DNA of 63,955 nt, filler included, from Craspedostauros australis (GCA_030167865.1; 19 parts of 19 records of this genome joined end to end with filler, not necessarily neighbours in it), one strand, 5' to 3'; shown: positions 49,268 to 62,375, counted from the first letter of the whole stretch. The notes: generated by a model not told the origin, from the letters alone. A program made the numbers and translations.

Positions 49268-52027
49268 TGTGGCTGTGGTTGTGAATGTGTTGAGTGCTCG
49301 TGGGTATGGTCGAGGGAAGTGTGGCGATGAGATTTGCCTGGGTGTTGATTTTGTGAGGGGAGCGATGTGCCTTTTCGTCGACTTCCTTCCTCTCTCTTGA
49401 ATGTGTTAGTGAGTGCGTGCTTGTGAGGCTGTGAGTGTGTGAGAGTGTGTGAGCGTGAGCGTGTGAGAGTCTGAATGTGCGTGTGCGTCTTCGCTCTTTG
49501 GGTTGCGTGGACGTTGTCTCCGCTGAGGACTCTGGTTGTGAAGAACCGTCCAGTGATCTCGTTACTGGTCGTGCTGCGTGGCAGAGTACGTGTTGTTAGT
49601 GCTGGGATGGGATGGGCTGGGGCGAAATGGATGGTGTAATTGCTCTCTGGCTTTCTTGAAGGGACATTGCTTCTCTCATGTGCGGATTAAGGGCAAGGGG
49701 TCACAGACATGCACCCACGTGTACCAATCGAACGTCGATGTTGTTGTGCCTATCGGTCTTGTTCCATGTTGCCGTTGCCATTTCGGGCTGTTGGCGCTTC
49801 TGCCGGTGGTTGCGACGACGCACTCTCTTTCGTTCGTCGTTTTCGGCTCACCTCAACCAGCGGCAGCACGCCATACGAGTACTACAAGGTGGTTGTTGTT
49901 ACAGTGGTGCGGGAAAGCCGGTGCCAATTCACGCCCTCCCACGGTTGCTTCTGTGGAAAAAAGTGGTGGTTCGATTCGCTCTTCGAGATGTTGGTGATGG
50001 CAAAGATATGTTTTTCGGCACTTCGTTCAACGAAAGTGCGGCATTTTGCCTCCTTTGGTTCGTGTTGTCGTTGTCGGCACATGTGCAAATTGTGGTTGTG
50101 TTCAGATCGGGCTGACGTCATACAATCCTTCCATGTATCTTCGTGCGCGAAGCACGATCCGTCCAAAATGCCGCCAATGCCAAAGTTCTCATGTTTGTTT
50201 GGGAAAGGAGAAGGAAGAGGGAAGTCAAGGGAAAGAACATCATGGCTTCATCGGAAGCCCTTTCCCCTTGTGTGTGACAAGGCGTGAAGTGTGGATGTCG
50301 TGGTTCGATTTGCTCTCCTCCACACAAACGCACACATGAACACATACTCGTGCAACCTACTCATACGTTCTGCACATACCAGACTCTTCGCCACTCCAGT
50401 GGGCCGCTCCGCGTGAAGATCGCACATGCACGAGTATGCATGTACTTGTATCGCACCATTTATGGTGAGCGTGACACAATCGAAGGATTGAATGACCCTC
50501 CCTTGATCTTGTATTTGCGGTGAAATACACTTGTTCTGACGGTGGAACAGGAAGATGGGAGGTTGACTGGATCCTTGACAACGGCGAAGGTACAAACGAT
50601 TCACGAGCACAACATCGAAGCGATTCCCTCTGCCGTACCCTCGCGGGGGTCTAGTACGACCGAGAGTACCCTCCACTATTCTGTTCTACCAAAACTTGCA
50701 GGAGGAACGCTCACCCTTGCCTGCCAATTGCGACAAGTCCGGCAGATGGCGATCACAAGCGTCTTTCAACAGATGGATGACGCCATCGATGATGCCGTTG
50801 CAACAGAGCTGAAGATGACGAAGGGAATGAAAAGGCACAGCATTCTACTCGTTCGCATGCGGTATTGCATTCTGCGCCTCTGGATCTTGACTTGATTGCT
50901 CCCATGACGATACCAAGACTCCGGCATCAATCATGAAGAGCCTCCACAAGAGAGAAAGCAAGGAGAAGAAATGAAGTGGAGGATGACGGTGGTGTGTGAT
51001 ACAAATACGACTATGGATGTCATGCCATGCCAAGCCAAGCCATTGTGCTGCCGCCATCCGTGTTCTTTTTCCCGATCGCTGACGACGATCTTGATGGATG
51101 GAACAAATTCAAGAAGCGCTGCTTGCACCCCTCCTGTGCAGCCATTCTGTGCTAAGGCATCCACCCGCAAACCTACAAACCCACAAGCTACCGTAGGTAC
51201 CATACTCCTCTGCTCTGCTCCTCATACCACCACCCCATGCACAAAGCCATAGCCTGACACATCACGGACGCAATGCTATACAGGCACAAGGACGATCTTG
51301 CTCCTGGATGAGGGCGGGACTTCTCATTCCAATCCACAGGAAGAGGCCAAACGAAATCCGCCGATGCAAATGCAAACACCTTGCACAAACTCACGTCGAT
51401 GATCGGCATTGACCCAAAGTGCGATTCTGTGCGAAGGGGTTGAGGTAGATAGATGCGACGCTCGTCCTTGCGAGAGGAGAGGTACTTGCGCCAGAGTACC
51501 CTCTGCTAACGGAAGCAAGTTTTGCATCCCTTCGTGACAGCAACGTGGGACTTGCAGCACTTCTCCCATGATTGGCGATTGCGAATCGTTGGGTTTGTTC
51601 TTCGTCTGGTGGGTGCATCCAATTCTGTTGAACTTTCGTCCGGGGACATGACAGACCTGGGCCCAGCCGGAGGCGCAGAATGTTCTGTTCCATCACCCCG
51701 CACGACACGACACAGACATCATGCGTTGATCCCGCAGGCCGCTCACGAGAGAGATGAGTCCACCACGACCGTAACGCAGAGCGGAACAGTGTCGAAAACT
51801 GGAATGCGAGTTATGTTATGTACGAGCCATGGTCTGTGGTATTGGAATGGTAGGTCCAGTGTGCTAGCTCGGTATCGCATTTCTACTTTGCTCCACTGGT
51901 TCTTTTTGCTATGGTACATCTGTTTGGATGGGGAGATGAGAAAATGAGGCACATCATCATTGTCATCATCATACCCTCTCTCTCTCTCTTTCCCTTTGTA
52001 TGCGCGTATATGTGTGTCCTACTCGCT

Positions 52028-53152
52028 TTAGACCGCGGACTGCAGCATCTCCCTGCGTTCGAGAAAAGACAACCGCCTAACACGATGTGTGTAGGGGAAT
52101 TGGTGCTGTTTTTGCCGCAAGCGTTGTTCCTGTGCATCGAGAGTCCATTCGCTGACATCCTCATCATCGTCACTGTCATCGCTGTCGGATGATGATGAGT
52201 ACTCCCATCCAAGCTGGATCGGCAAGGAATCGGAGCAGCTGGGATGATCACCAAGCACGATGGGATACATGCGCACTTCCAGATCAGGCGCGAAGGTGAC
52301 GCGCCTACTGTGGGAGCACTTGCGCTGTGGTTGATCTGTTGGTTGCTGCTGCTGTGTTGCGAATGGCATGCATGGCGTGGCTGTCATGGTTGCTTGCTGT
52401 TGCAGCGCGATGTCCTCCTGTGGTGACTGGAAGGATGGGCGGGCGTTGGATGCTGTGGACGACGAGTGTGACTGGTGCTGTTGTAGCTGCTGTGGCATTG
52501 ATTCCATGCAATGCCTTTGCCTCTGGCTGTGGTCGTCTTCGACTTCCACCACGGCCATGTCCGCCCAATCGAAACCGGTGGAAGTGGATGGAGTCATGGG
52601 CTGCTGCATTGGGATGTTCACGTGGATGGCTTCCATTCCGCAGCTGCTGAAGCATAGCGGCTGCTGCTGTGGCCTGTGCTGCGGCACGTGGATGGCTGAC
52701 GTGATGGATGAGGTGGACATCGGCGGCGCGTCGAAGAAGAGCAGCGACGAGAGCGATGCTGAAGAGACACAGGCTGCGTTTGAAGGTCGCGAGTGATGCA
52801 TGGTGGATTCGGGCAATCGGACTGCTTGCATCATGTTCTGTATGGGCGTTGATGAGTATCTGGAGAGAGTGGAGCGCTCGTGGAAGTTTATGAGAGATTC
52901 TGTGGGAGCGAACGATGGCAATGTATTGTAGCTCGAACTTGTGTGGTACTTGTGTCTGTGCGGTTGCTGGGGGTGATTGATGGCTGCTGGTGATGTCTGT
53001 TCTGTGACTCCAGCTGTTGTTGCTGTTGCTGTTGTTGCTGTTGGTATTGTAGGAGCCGAAGTGGCGAAGAGTGTCGGTATGGTGTGCTGTTGTGGTTGTG
53101 GATGTGAATGTTGGTGTTGATGTTGCTGTTGGTTTTGTGGGCAGAGGACCAA
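52028..53152 (-). CDS. Low-complexity Q/S/T-rich protein with RVxF-like motif and GxHP..LGW.Y domain (paralogue B; start uncertain)
   Basis: RRVTFAPDLEVRMYPIVLGDHPSCSDSLPIQLGWEY..RRLSFLERREML. Confidence 0.7.
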   Translation of the reverse strand: MVLCPQNQQQHQHQHSHPQPQQHTIPTLFATSAPTIPTATTATATTAGVTEQTSPAAINHPQQPHRHKYHTSSSYNTLPSFAPTESLINFHERSTLSRYSSTPIQNMMQAVRLPESTMHHSRPSNAACVSSASLSSLLFFDAPPMSTSSITSAIHVPQHRPQQQPLCFSSCGMEAIHVNIPMQQPMTPSTSTGFDWADMAVVEVEDDHSQRQRHCMESMPQQLQQHQSHSSSTASNARPSFQSPQEDIALQQQATMTATPCMPFATQQQQPTDQPQRKCSHSRRVTFAPDLEVRMYPIVLGDHPSCSDSLPIQLGWEYSSSSDSDDSDDDEDVSEWTLDAQEQRLRQKQHQFPYTHRVRRLSFLERREMLQSAV

Positions 53153-54627
53153 ATTCCGGAGGAAACTTTGGGACGGAGTTGTGGTTGTTGTCGTTGCGAT
53201 TGAAACTGCGACTGGAGCGGAACCTGCAATTGCAGCTGGGGCTCTCCTGCTCTCTCCCTTGTTTGTTTGCCTGTTTGCCTGTCTTCCTCACTGGGTGGTT
53301 CGGAATGAAAATGCAACCCGAGACCAGCAATCACCGGAGATTCCCCAGTCAAGTTGGGATGGAGCACGAGCTGTTCGTACTGGGGGATGTATGGTGTGTG
53401 TGTGCACTGTAAGAGTAACGACGAAAAGCGGGATCCTTGTGTGGTCTCGTGGGCTTCTCCTTTTGGCTTCGTGTGGACCGCCTGGTCTTGCTTGTGTGCG
53501 TGACGTAGCTTTCTTGCAGCCGGGCTGGGTTGAGAGTCGTGCTGTGTTGCGTGCGAACGGCGATGGCCAATGGGCGATGATGACGAGGAGATCGCGAGAG
53601 ATCGAGGTTCGGAAGACAATGGTCGGGGTTTGGCGAGCGTTGTGCGGATGAACGGGCTGCTCTTCGCAATACTCGCAAGGGTGTGTGGGTGCTGCTTGTG
53701 CTCGTGTTGGCAGGGATGCCCATACGAACTACGATGATTTAAAATAGTCCGAGAAAGTAACCGTATGAATGAGGGAGAGACGGTTGCGGGGGTTCTGGTC
53801 AAGTTCGTTTGGTTGGTTTTCAATCGTAAAATCGAAGGCTCTTCTCGGTTTGTGAGGATGCTTTCCGTTGTTGATGGGCGCAGCTGTTTGTGTGTGTTCC
53901 TCTTTTTGTCTCGTTTTGTGATGTGATGTCGTCTTCGTCTTTGTGACGGAGAAGACCTTCCGGTCGCAGAACAGATGGGGGGCCGTTCCGTTTCAACAAA
54001 ATTGCGCGTTCATTTCATGTGTTGGTTGGAGTGTGCGTTGTCACACCCCAGGGGGGCAGTTCAAAATGCAATAATTTGCTCTATTCCATAGCGCTTTCGT
54101 CATAAATCACTTGTTTCCGCCTAGTTCTTATCCTCGACGGAATAATACATAATTTTCGTTCTTTTTTGGATAATTGGTGCTTTTCCGCAGAATTTGGTCG
54201 GTGTCCTCTCGCTCTTCGCTGTTGCTCCTTTTGTGCACTTTACACTGTGTCCGTGTTCGCTGTGCGTATCAACGTCGCCATGTCGAGGAGCAGCAGGAAC
54301 CACTTGCATTGCACAATTTCGCAGAACACAAGGAACACTGTTTTTGTCTCTGTGATTCGTTAGCTGATGAGAGCATTCGTGTGCTGTTCTGTTTGAGTTA
54401 GTTGTCACGGATCATTTTCTTCTTCCTCAAACATTGTTGAAGAAACTTTTATCAATGACAAATATTCAGCCTTATCTGTACTAGCTATTCATTGGGTTGA
54501 AACAGCATGAATCATTGACACAGAAGCNNNNNNNNNNNNNNNNNNNNNNNNNNNNNNNNNNNNNNNNNNNNTTAATTAATTAANNNNNNNNNNNNNNNNN
54601 NNNNNNNNNNNNNNNNNNNNNNNNNNN

Positions 54628-54916
54628 TCGTCTGCTGGTATTCTACATGATATCGGAAGGCAAGGCAAGGCTGTCCTCACTCCAAGGCTTCCAGGTCACG
54701 ACGCCGGTGTCGTTCGAGTCGCTGTCGAGGCAGCTCATCAGCTGTGCCATTTCCGCCGCTATGTCAATGAAACAGAACGAGCGGCCTGATCTCCAGACCA
54801 TCGTGACAAATGGTCTGCGCATGTCCATCGCTGCTGTGGCCGAGACGCGAAACGTTGTAGGCGCGGATACCACCGCAGACGTAGATGCAGAGATATCGAC
54901 GACAACGATGATGTAG
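54628..54916 (+). CDS. C-terminal fragment, possibly of a protein kinase (copy 1)
   Basis: Open from the contig start; ..ISAAMSMKQNERPDLQTIV resembles kinase subdomain XI. Confidence 0.35.
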
Positions 54917-55537
54917 CTCAAGGATCCTGGAACAAGATTGGTGGTTTCGTGCCGATTTCGATCGTCTCACCCGCTGTGCTGTGTTGCGGGCCGATCGAAG
55001 AAGCTCGCAAAGATGTGGGCACGGCAGATAGAGACTGAGACGGTTCCCTTCGTATCCTTTCCGGTGGCNNNNNNNNNNNNNNNNNNNNNNNNNNNNNNNN
55101 NNNNNNNNNNNNNNNNNNNNNNNNNTTCGAATGGGGAGGAAGACGCGACTCGCATCGTGCGTGAGAATTCTATAATATTCTAGGATAGACTGTGCCTCGA
55201 AGCAAACGAATTGCACAGATGGCGTTTACGCAGACGGTGTTTGAAGACATCGGCAGAACACGTCAACGAAAAGTAATCAATGTTGATGTGAGTACAAGTG
55301 TGGAGAGACATGTCATGTGTAATAGGTATGCAAGTGTTGGAGGATGGTATCTGTTGCGAATGAGCCCTACCAGATAGAGAGTGATTTATACTATAGAATA
55401 TCATATCATATCATCTTATGTAATGCAATATAGTATTATGGTATTATACTCTACAATGCGTTGTCGATCCACATGTATTTGCGTAATGACAGCAAAGTAT
55501 CTGCGGTTGTCTCCTTGACGATCTGTTCTAATCTGTT

Positions 55538-56521
55538 CTAATGCCTCGTGGTGGTGGCCGGACTGACTGTCTTGCATCTCGGACAGTTGACCAGTGATGA
55601 CAGCAGCTTGACGCTCAACTGCGTCCGACAGCCCAAGCACTGCACCAACACTTCGCCAGGCGGCGCTGATGCGTTGTCGTTGACCATGGTGCCGGCGCAC
55701 AGCTCCGGCACGCGCAAGGATCGCTGGTCCACGAATCGGCGGTTGACGCGCGGTGGTGGCAACGGTGGTTCCTCCGCCTGCATGCCACCGATGCCGCCCA
55801 TGCCGACGATGCCACCCACTGCGCTGGCGGCCGGCGTGAGCTTGCGCGGTTCGGGGAAGATCGGCTTCGGCTTCTTGGAGTAGTCCCCGCGCGATGCGTT
55901 GTCCGGATTCATCTGACGCCGCTCCTCGTAGGATGCCAGATCGAAGCCGATATTCTCCTTGACCTGCTTGCTGGCTTCCATGTGCGCCATGATGCGGTAC
56001 TGCTCCAGAACTTCGTCGTCCGCCACGCTGGGGCCGTCGAGATTGGAGGCCTCGCCCAGGAAGGCGTTGAGGTCCTCCGCCGCTCCGCCCTGCAGCAGCG
56101 CCTCGCGGTACCACGATGGCTGCCGTTGCTGCTGCCCGCGGCGCTCCGTGGGCTGCTGCTGATTGGCGGCCACGTTGTTGGACGTCATGAAGCCGCCGCC
56201 GCCCGCCATGCTGGTGGGTTCATTGCCGTCCACCGTGTTCATGGATGCAGCAGCGGCCGCCGCGGCACTTTGCAGCATGCTGGCATCCGACGTCCCGCCA
56301 AAGCCACCGCGCGATCGACGTCGCGAGGATCGGCGGCGCTGCGCACGCGGCGTTCCCATGGTCTGCCCTCCGAACATATCGCCGCCTGCACCCGGCTGTC
56401 CTGGTCCGCCTTGGCCTCCGCCTGGTCCGCCGCCGGCGTTTCCGTATCCGTAGGGATTGTCATTGCCAGCGCCTGCTCCGGCTTGGAAGAAGGATCGTGC
56501 GAAAGAGCTGGATCGTTCCAT
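55538..56521 (-). CDS. Gly/Gln-rich protein with C-terminal LSD1-like C4 zinc finger (copy 1)
   Basis: VQCLGCRTQLSVKLLSSLVNCPRCKTV matches the CxxCRxxL..VxCxxC pattern; coding-type codon bias. Confidence 0.75.
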   Translation of the reverse strand: MERSSSFARSFFQAGAGAGNDNPYGYGNAGGGPGGGQGGPGQPGAGGDMFGGQTMGTPRAQRRRSSRRRSRGGFGGTSDASMLQSAAAAAAASMNTVDGNEPTSMAGGGGFMTSNNVAANQQQPTERRGQQQRQPSWYREALLQGGAAEDLNAFLGEASNLDGPSVADDEVLEQYRIMAHMEASKQVKENIGFDLASYEERRQMNPDNASRGDYSKKPKPIFPEPRKLTPAASAVGGIVGMGGIGGMQAEEPPLPPPRVNRRFVDQRSLRVPELCAGTMVNDNASAPPGEVLVQCLGCRTQLSVKLLSSLVNCPRCKTVSPATTTRH

Positions 56522-56633
56522 GGTTGTGCGCGANNNNNNNNNNNNNNNNNNNNNNNNNNNNNNNNNNNNNNNNNNNNTTAATTAATTAANNNNNNNNNNN
56601 NNNNNNNNNNNNNNNNNNNNNNNNNNNNNNNNN

Positions 56634-56922
56634 TCGTCTGCTGGTATTCTACATGATATCGGAAGGCAAGGCAAGGCTGTCCTCACTCCAAGGCTTCCAG
56701 GTCACGACGCCGGTGTCGTTCGAGTCGCTGTCGAGGCAGCTCATCAGCTGTGCCATTTCCGCCGCTATGTCAATGAAACAGAACGAGCGGCCTGATCTCC
56801 AGACCATCGTGACAAATGGTCTGCGCATGTCCATCGCTGCTGTGGCCGAGACGCGAAACGTTGTAGGCGCGGATACCACCGCAGACGTAGATGCAGAGAT
56901 ATCGACGACAACGATGATGTAG
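56634..56922 (+). CDS. C-terminal fragment, possibly of a protein kinase (copy 2)
   Basis: Identical to 54628-54916. Confidence 0.35.
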
Positions 56923-57533
56923 CTCAAGGATCCTGGAACAAGATTGGTGGTTTCGTGCCGATTTCGATCGTCTCACCCGCTGTGCTGTGTTGCGGGCCGA
57001 TCGAAGAAGCTCGCAAAGATGTGGGCACGGCAGATAGAGACTGAGACGGTTCCCTTCGTATCCTTTCCGGTGGCNGAGAGCGGTCTCTTGAGGAATCAGA
57101 TGGTGATGTTGGGTATCCAGCGCAACGGTGATTCGAATGGGGAGGAAGACGCGACTCGCATCGTGCGTGAGAAGTAGTGGATAGACTGTGCCTCGAAGCA
57201 AACGAATTGCACAGATGGCGTTTACGCAGACGGTGTTTGAAGACATCGGCAGAACACGCCAACGAAAAGTAATCAATGTTGATGTGAGTACAAGTGTGGA
57301 GAGACATGTCATGTGTAATAGGTATGCAAGTGTTGGAGGATGGTATCTGTTGCGAATGAGCCCTACCAGATAGAGAGTGATTTATACTATAGAATATCAT
57401 ATCATATCATCTTATGTAATGCAATATAGTATTATGGTATTATACTCTACAATGCGTTGTCGATCCACATGTATTTGCGTAATGACAGCAAAGTATCTGC
57501 GGTTGTCTCCTTGACGATCTGTTCTAATCTGTT

Positions 57534-58517
57534 CTAATGCCTCGTGGTGGTGGCCGGACTGACTGTCTTGCATCTCGGACAGTTGACCAGTGATGACAGC
57601 AGCTTGACGCTCAACTGCGTCCGACAGCCCAAGCACTGCACCAACACTTCGCCAGGCGGCGCTGATGCGTTGTCGTTGACCATGGTGCCGGCGCACAGCT
57701 CCGGCACGCGCAAGGATCGCTGGTCCACGAATCGGCGGTTGACGCGCGGTGGTGGCAACGGTGGTTCCTCCGCCTGCATGCCACCGATGCCGCCCATGCC
57801 GACGATGCCACCCACTGCGCTGGCGGCCGGCGTGAGCTTGCGCGGTTCGGGGAAGATCGGCTTCGGCTTCTTGGAGTAGTCCCCGCGCGATGCGTTGTCC
57901 GGATTCATCTGACGCCGCTCCTCGTAGGATGCCAGATCGAAGCCGATATTCTCCTTGACCTGCTTGCTGGCTTCCATGTGCGCCATGATGCGGTACTGCT
58001 CCAGAACTTCGTCGTCCGCCACGCTGGGGCCGTCGAGATTGGAGGCCTCGCCCAGGAAGGCGTTGAGGTCCTCCGCCGCTCCGCCCTGCAGCAGCGCCTC
58101 GCGGTACCACGATGGCTGCCGTTGCTGCTGCCCGCGGCGCTCCGTGGGCTGCTGCTGATTGGCGGCCACGTTGTTGGACGTCATGAAGCCGCCGCCGCCC
58201 GCCATGCTGGTGGGTTCATTGCCGTCCACCGTGTTCATGGATGCAGCAGCGGCCGCCGCGGCACTTTGCAGCATGCTGGCATCCGACGTCCCGCCAAAGC
58301 CACCGCGCGATCGACGTCGCGAGGATCGGCGGCGCTGCGCACGCGGCGTTCCCATGGTCTGCCCTCCGAACATATCGCCGCCTGCACCCGGCTGTCCTGG
58401 TCCGCCTTGGCCTCCGCCTGGTCCGCCGCCGGCGTTTCCGTATCCGTAGGGATTGTCATTGCCAGCGCCTGCTCCGGCTTGGAAGAAGGATCGTGCGAAA
58501 GAGCTGGATCGTTCCAT
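57534..58517 (-). CDS. Gly/Gln-rich protein with LSD1-like C4 zinc finger (copy 2, probable allele)
   Basis: Protein identical to 55538-56521. Confidence 0.75.
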   Translation of the reverse strand: MERSSSFARSFFQAGAGAGNDNPYGYGNAGGGPGGGQGGPGQPGAGGDMFGGQTMGTPRAQRRRSSRRRSRGGFGGTSDASMLQSAAAAAAASMNTVDGNEPTSMAGGGGFMTSNNVAANQQQPTERRGQQQRQPSWYREALLQGGAAEDLNAFLGEASNLDGPSVADDEVLEQYRIMAHMEASKQVKENIGFDLASYEERRQMNPDNASRGDYSKKPKPIFPEPRKLTPAASAVGGIVGMGGIGGMQAEEPPLPPPRVNRRFVDQRSLRVPELCAGTMVNDNASAPPGEVLVQCLGCRTQLSVKLLSSLVNCPRCKTVSPATTTRH

Positions 58518-58629
58518 GGTTGTGCGCGANNNNNNNNNNNNNNNNNNNNNNNNNNNNNNNNNNNNNNNNNNNNTTAATTAATTAANNNNNNNNNNNNNNN
58601 NNNNNNNNNNNNNNNNNNNNNNNNNNNNN

Positions 58630-59759
58630 ATTCGCCCCAACCTTCGAGTACACTGCGGCATCGACTCCGCAACAGAATGGTCGCGTCGAAAGGAAATTCG
58701 CGACACTCTACGGAAAAGTACGCGCCATGCTGAACCAAACTCATCTACCAAAAACAACGCGAGGGAAGCTGTGGGCAGAGGCTGCTCACACAGCGACGCA
58801 GCTGGAGAACATCATTGGCACGAAGTCAAGGGAACCAGCGTGTATACTGTTAAANGGAAAAATCCCGAAGTATGCAAATGACCTGCGTGTGTTCGGTGAG
58901 ATGGGGATGGTACACATCGGTGGACAGACTATCAAGGCCAAGCTAGACGACCGCTCCAAACCTGCCATGTTTGTGGGGTACGGACAGTCGCACGCGAAAG
59001 GAGTGTACCGCATGATGAACCTTGCTACCTCGAGAATCCTGATGACTCGAGATGTAACCTGGTTGAACAAGTCATATGGAGAGTTCAAGGGTATCAAGGA
59101 TGCCAACAGATCTAGAGTGATGAACACAGACGACGACTCCTCATCAAGGGAGTCGTCTCCAGAGAGAGGAGTGACTTGGCTTCGTCAATCGGATAGTATG
59201 AATGATATAGAGACTGATGACGATGACCAGCGCGGCAGAACCAAAGAACGAGGCGATACAGAGGAAGCCGCGCTAGACCAGGACGACCTGCTACCCGTCC
59301 AAGAGGATCAGGAACCAGACGATGACGTCGGGGATGAATCCGGAAGGGACGAGGATGAAAGGAGTGAGGAAAGAACGGTAGAAAAAGGACCGCCCTCGAC
59401 TCCAGTCGCAACACCTGTTGCGTACGTACCAAGGATGGTCAGAGATCTCGCAGGGTACAACAACTCGCCCGTTCCTAAGGAGGATAGAGACTACGGATCC
59501 AGCGAGACCTCCGAATCCGACGATGAGAAGCAAGAGACTGCCCAAGAGACAGAAGCCGAAACAGCGGCGACAGGGGGACCTAGCTTCCACACAGACGGGT
59601 CGATGTTCAACAGAGACATCGCAGGGATGATGATTGATACCACTCACGGAAAGATGAGGCTGGATGACTTCATCACTGCGAGCCAAGTAACGAATGATCG
59701 AGCTAGACCCGAGCAAGCAAGCGTAGCTATGATGCTAGACCCTACCACTTTCGAAGAAT
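58630..59759 (+). mobile_element. Copia integrase C-terminus, SH3-like domain and acidic linker
   Basis: TPQQNGRVERKFATL, LWAEAA, LRVFG, KLDDRS..FVGY, TRDVTW. Confidence 0.9.
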
Positions 59760-59859
59760 NNNNNNNNNNNNNNNNNNNNNNNNNNNNNNNNNNNNNNNNN
59801 NNNTTAATTAATTAANNNNNNNNNNNNNNNNNNNNNNNNNNNNNNNNNNNNNNNNNNNN

Positions 59860-61330
59860 GACGAGTGCGCAGTCCATCTTCTTGATCAGCATGATCACCA
59901 TCATGACCCGATAGGTCACGTCATGGATGACGGGTGAGTAGTGTTCTTGGAAGTCCACTCCTGCGACTTGTGAATAGCCACATGCAACGAGTCGTGCTCG
60001 ATGTGTGCCGTCACGCTTCAGCTTGAAGACCCATTTGCACTTGCAGCATCTGCGGCCGCGTGGGATGACGTCTCGTTTGATCTTGCTGTACACTTTGCGT
60101 GTGTCCATGGAGTCGAACTCCTTTTTGATGGCTGCTCGATATCCCTTTTGATGGATGGGATCTGGATGATTGAAGGCTCCATCGAATGTCGTTGGTTCGA
60201 TGTGCTTCTCTAGTTCCTTGTTCTCGTCCTGCATCGACAATCCGATGTCGATCGCTGGTGATTCGGTAATGATTGCATTCATTCCGTACAGTCCTGTTGC
60301 GCTGTAATGAGTGATCTCGATCTCTCCTTCATCCACGATTTCTTCGTCATCTGTGGTTTCGTTGTTGGAGTTGTCGATCACCTCATCGCTGAGTTCATCA
60401 CTATCTTCATTGGATGATGGATTGCTTTCATATCCTTCTTCTTTTCGACCTCGTTCGTTGAAGTCCGCGAGCTCGCGCAGAGCTCTGGGAATGCTCTTCC
60501 CTGTAGTTGACTTGGGATAAGCTTCTCCCTTCCTACCTCGTGATTCGTGACGTCGGATCCTCTCCTTTCTAGCTATATCACGCTTGTTTGGCTTGCTCGG
60601 TGGAGATCTGGATGATGTACCATGTGTAGACCTCGCTGGTGTGTTCGGAGGGATGACGTCTGTGTCATCATCGGCCTCGTCGCCGGATGGTGGGATCTCG
60701 TCATCCTCATGGTTGGATTCATTCCGATCTTCCTCATTGTCATGGCTTAGTTGAGTCACTACTCCGTCGTCCTCATTATCCTCATCGTCGCTGTCCGATA
60801 GGATGTGGTATCTGTTGCTGTCAGCGAAAGATACTCTCTTCGCTTCTGATGTTTGACGCGTTGCCGTCCTTGGCGTTGCTCCCTTCCATCCGATGGTTGT
60901 GAAGCCGTCTCCGTCTGCTGTTCCTGTTTCGTTGGATATGTTCGGTGCTGGTGCCCAGCCACGGAACTGTCCGTATGATTGGTTGAGCCACTTGATGTCG
61001 CGTGAACAAATGAGTGACTTGGTTGATGGTCTGTACATGTTGTAGACCCCTGATGCATGTTGGTGTGCATATCCGATGAACACCATCTCTTCTCCTCTNN
61101 NNNNNNNNNNNNNNNNNNNNNNNNNNNNNNNNNNNNNNNNNNNNNNNNNNNNNNNNNNNNNNNNNNNNNNNNNNNNNTATGGTGGATCGTTGCCGAAGAA
61201 TTGTCGATGTGGTGACTCCTTTTGATTCTTCGCTACGGTGATGTTTGCGATGGCGGTGGCAGTGCTAGCAGCTGCTGCCCATAGGCCATGCCTATATTCT
61301 TCGTCGAGCTGTGCTCCGTTGAGCATGGAG
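59860..61330 (-). mobile_element. Copia integrase C-terminus, linker and RT N-terminus
   Basis: LWAAAA, FIGY, SRDIKW, EPTTF, KWVFKLKRDGTHRARLVACGYSQVAGVDF. Confidence 0.92.
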
Positions 61331-62375
61331 NNNNNNNNNNNNNNNNNNNNNNNNNNNNNNNNNNNNNNNNNNNNTTAATTAATTAANNNNNNNNNNNNNN
61401 NNNNNNNNNNNNNNNNNNNNNNNNNNNNNNAGAGATGTGATTGTTGTGGTCGTTGTTGTGGTCGTTGTTGTGATTTTATGTGAGGTGTTTGCAAGTTTGG
61501 TGCAACGAGCTTCCCAACGATGAGGATCAGGGAAGCGCACATCTGTGCAGCGTGGGTGGTGATGTTCATGATGGGGTGATGTGTGAATGTGGAAGAGCGC
61601 AGAGACACAAAAGAAGAAAAGCGAAAAGCGAAACATGGCGAACGTGTGAGTCGCAGTTCAACTAAGAACGGACTACTTTCTCTTTAGAGTGTTCCGTGTC
61701 GCTGCTTGAAATTACGTTTTTTTGGCGCGCAATTGTCCAAGCCTGACAACGGCCACACCCTTCCTTTGCCCCCCTCTTTTCAGTCACGAACCATTCCCGG
61801 TTACAATGCTACGGTTCGTCTATGACCTACGTTAGCCAATGACCGTACGACCACGGCAGGATTTTGAAAAGGGGCTCCTATAGAGACTATAATTAAATCG
61901 CATATATTTTAACACATTGGTAATAAGGAACAGGTGCTAGACAGTGAGTCCGGACCTTGGTTATAAAGTTATGAGGGCGTCAGCCTAGCGTTTTAGAGGC
62001 AAAACGTGATGCAAGCGGCCAGGATTCGCTTTTTGTGGGAACTCCTGTCACGACAAGTGGCACCCATTTCTATCTGATTTTTGCTTGCTTTGTGTTTTGC
62101 TTGGTGGGACCCCCGTGTTGCATCGGCTAACCCGGAAACAAAAGACACAACAACACAGACAAGAGGACAACAACGTGACTGGTGACTCACTAACCGGTAC
62201 AAATACTGGCTTACTGAAATCCAGGAGCACACAACCAAAAAGCAAAAAAAAGAACAGGAGAAAACAGAACCAGCGGTTCGATCACAAAAAGGATTTCTTG
62301 TGCGGCAACAACAAGCGCGTGTTGGTGCGGGAGAAAAATCCATACTCCCTTTTTCCTCTTCCTTTCCTCGTGGCG

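Noticed and set aside
54628..58529. Tandem gene duplication of the zinc-finger gene
   Set aside because: The copies are separate contigs with identical boundaries joined by the spacer; more likely haplotigs.
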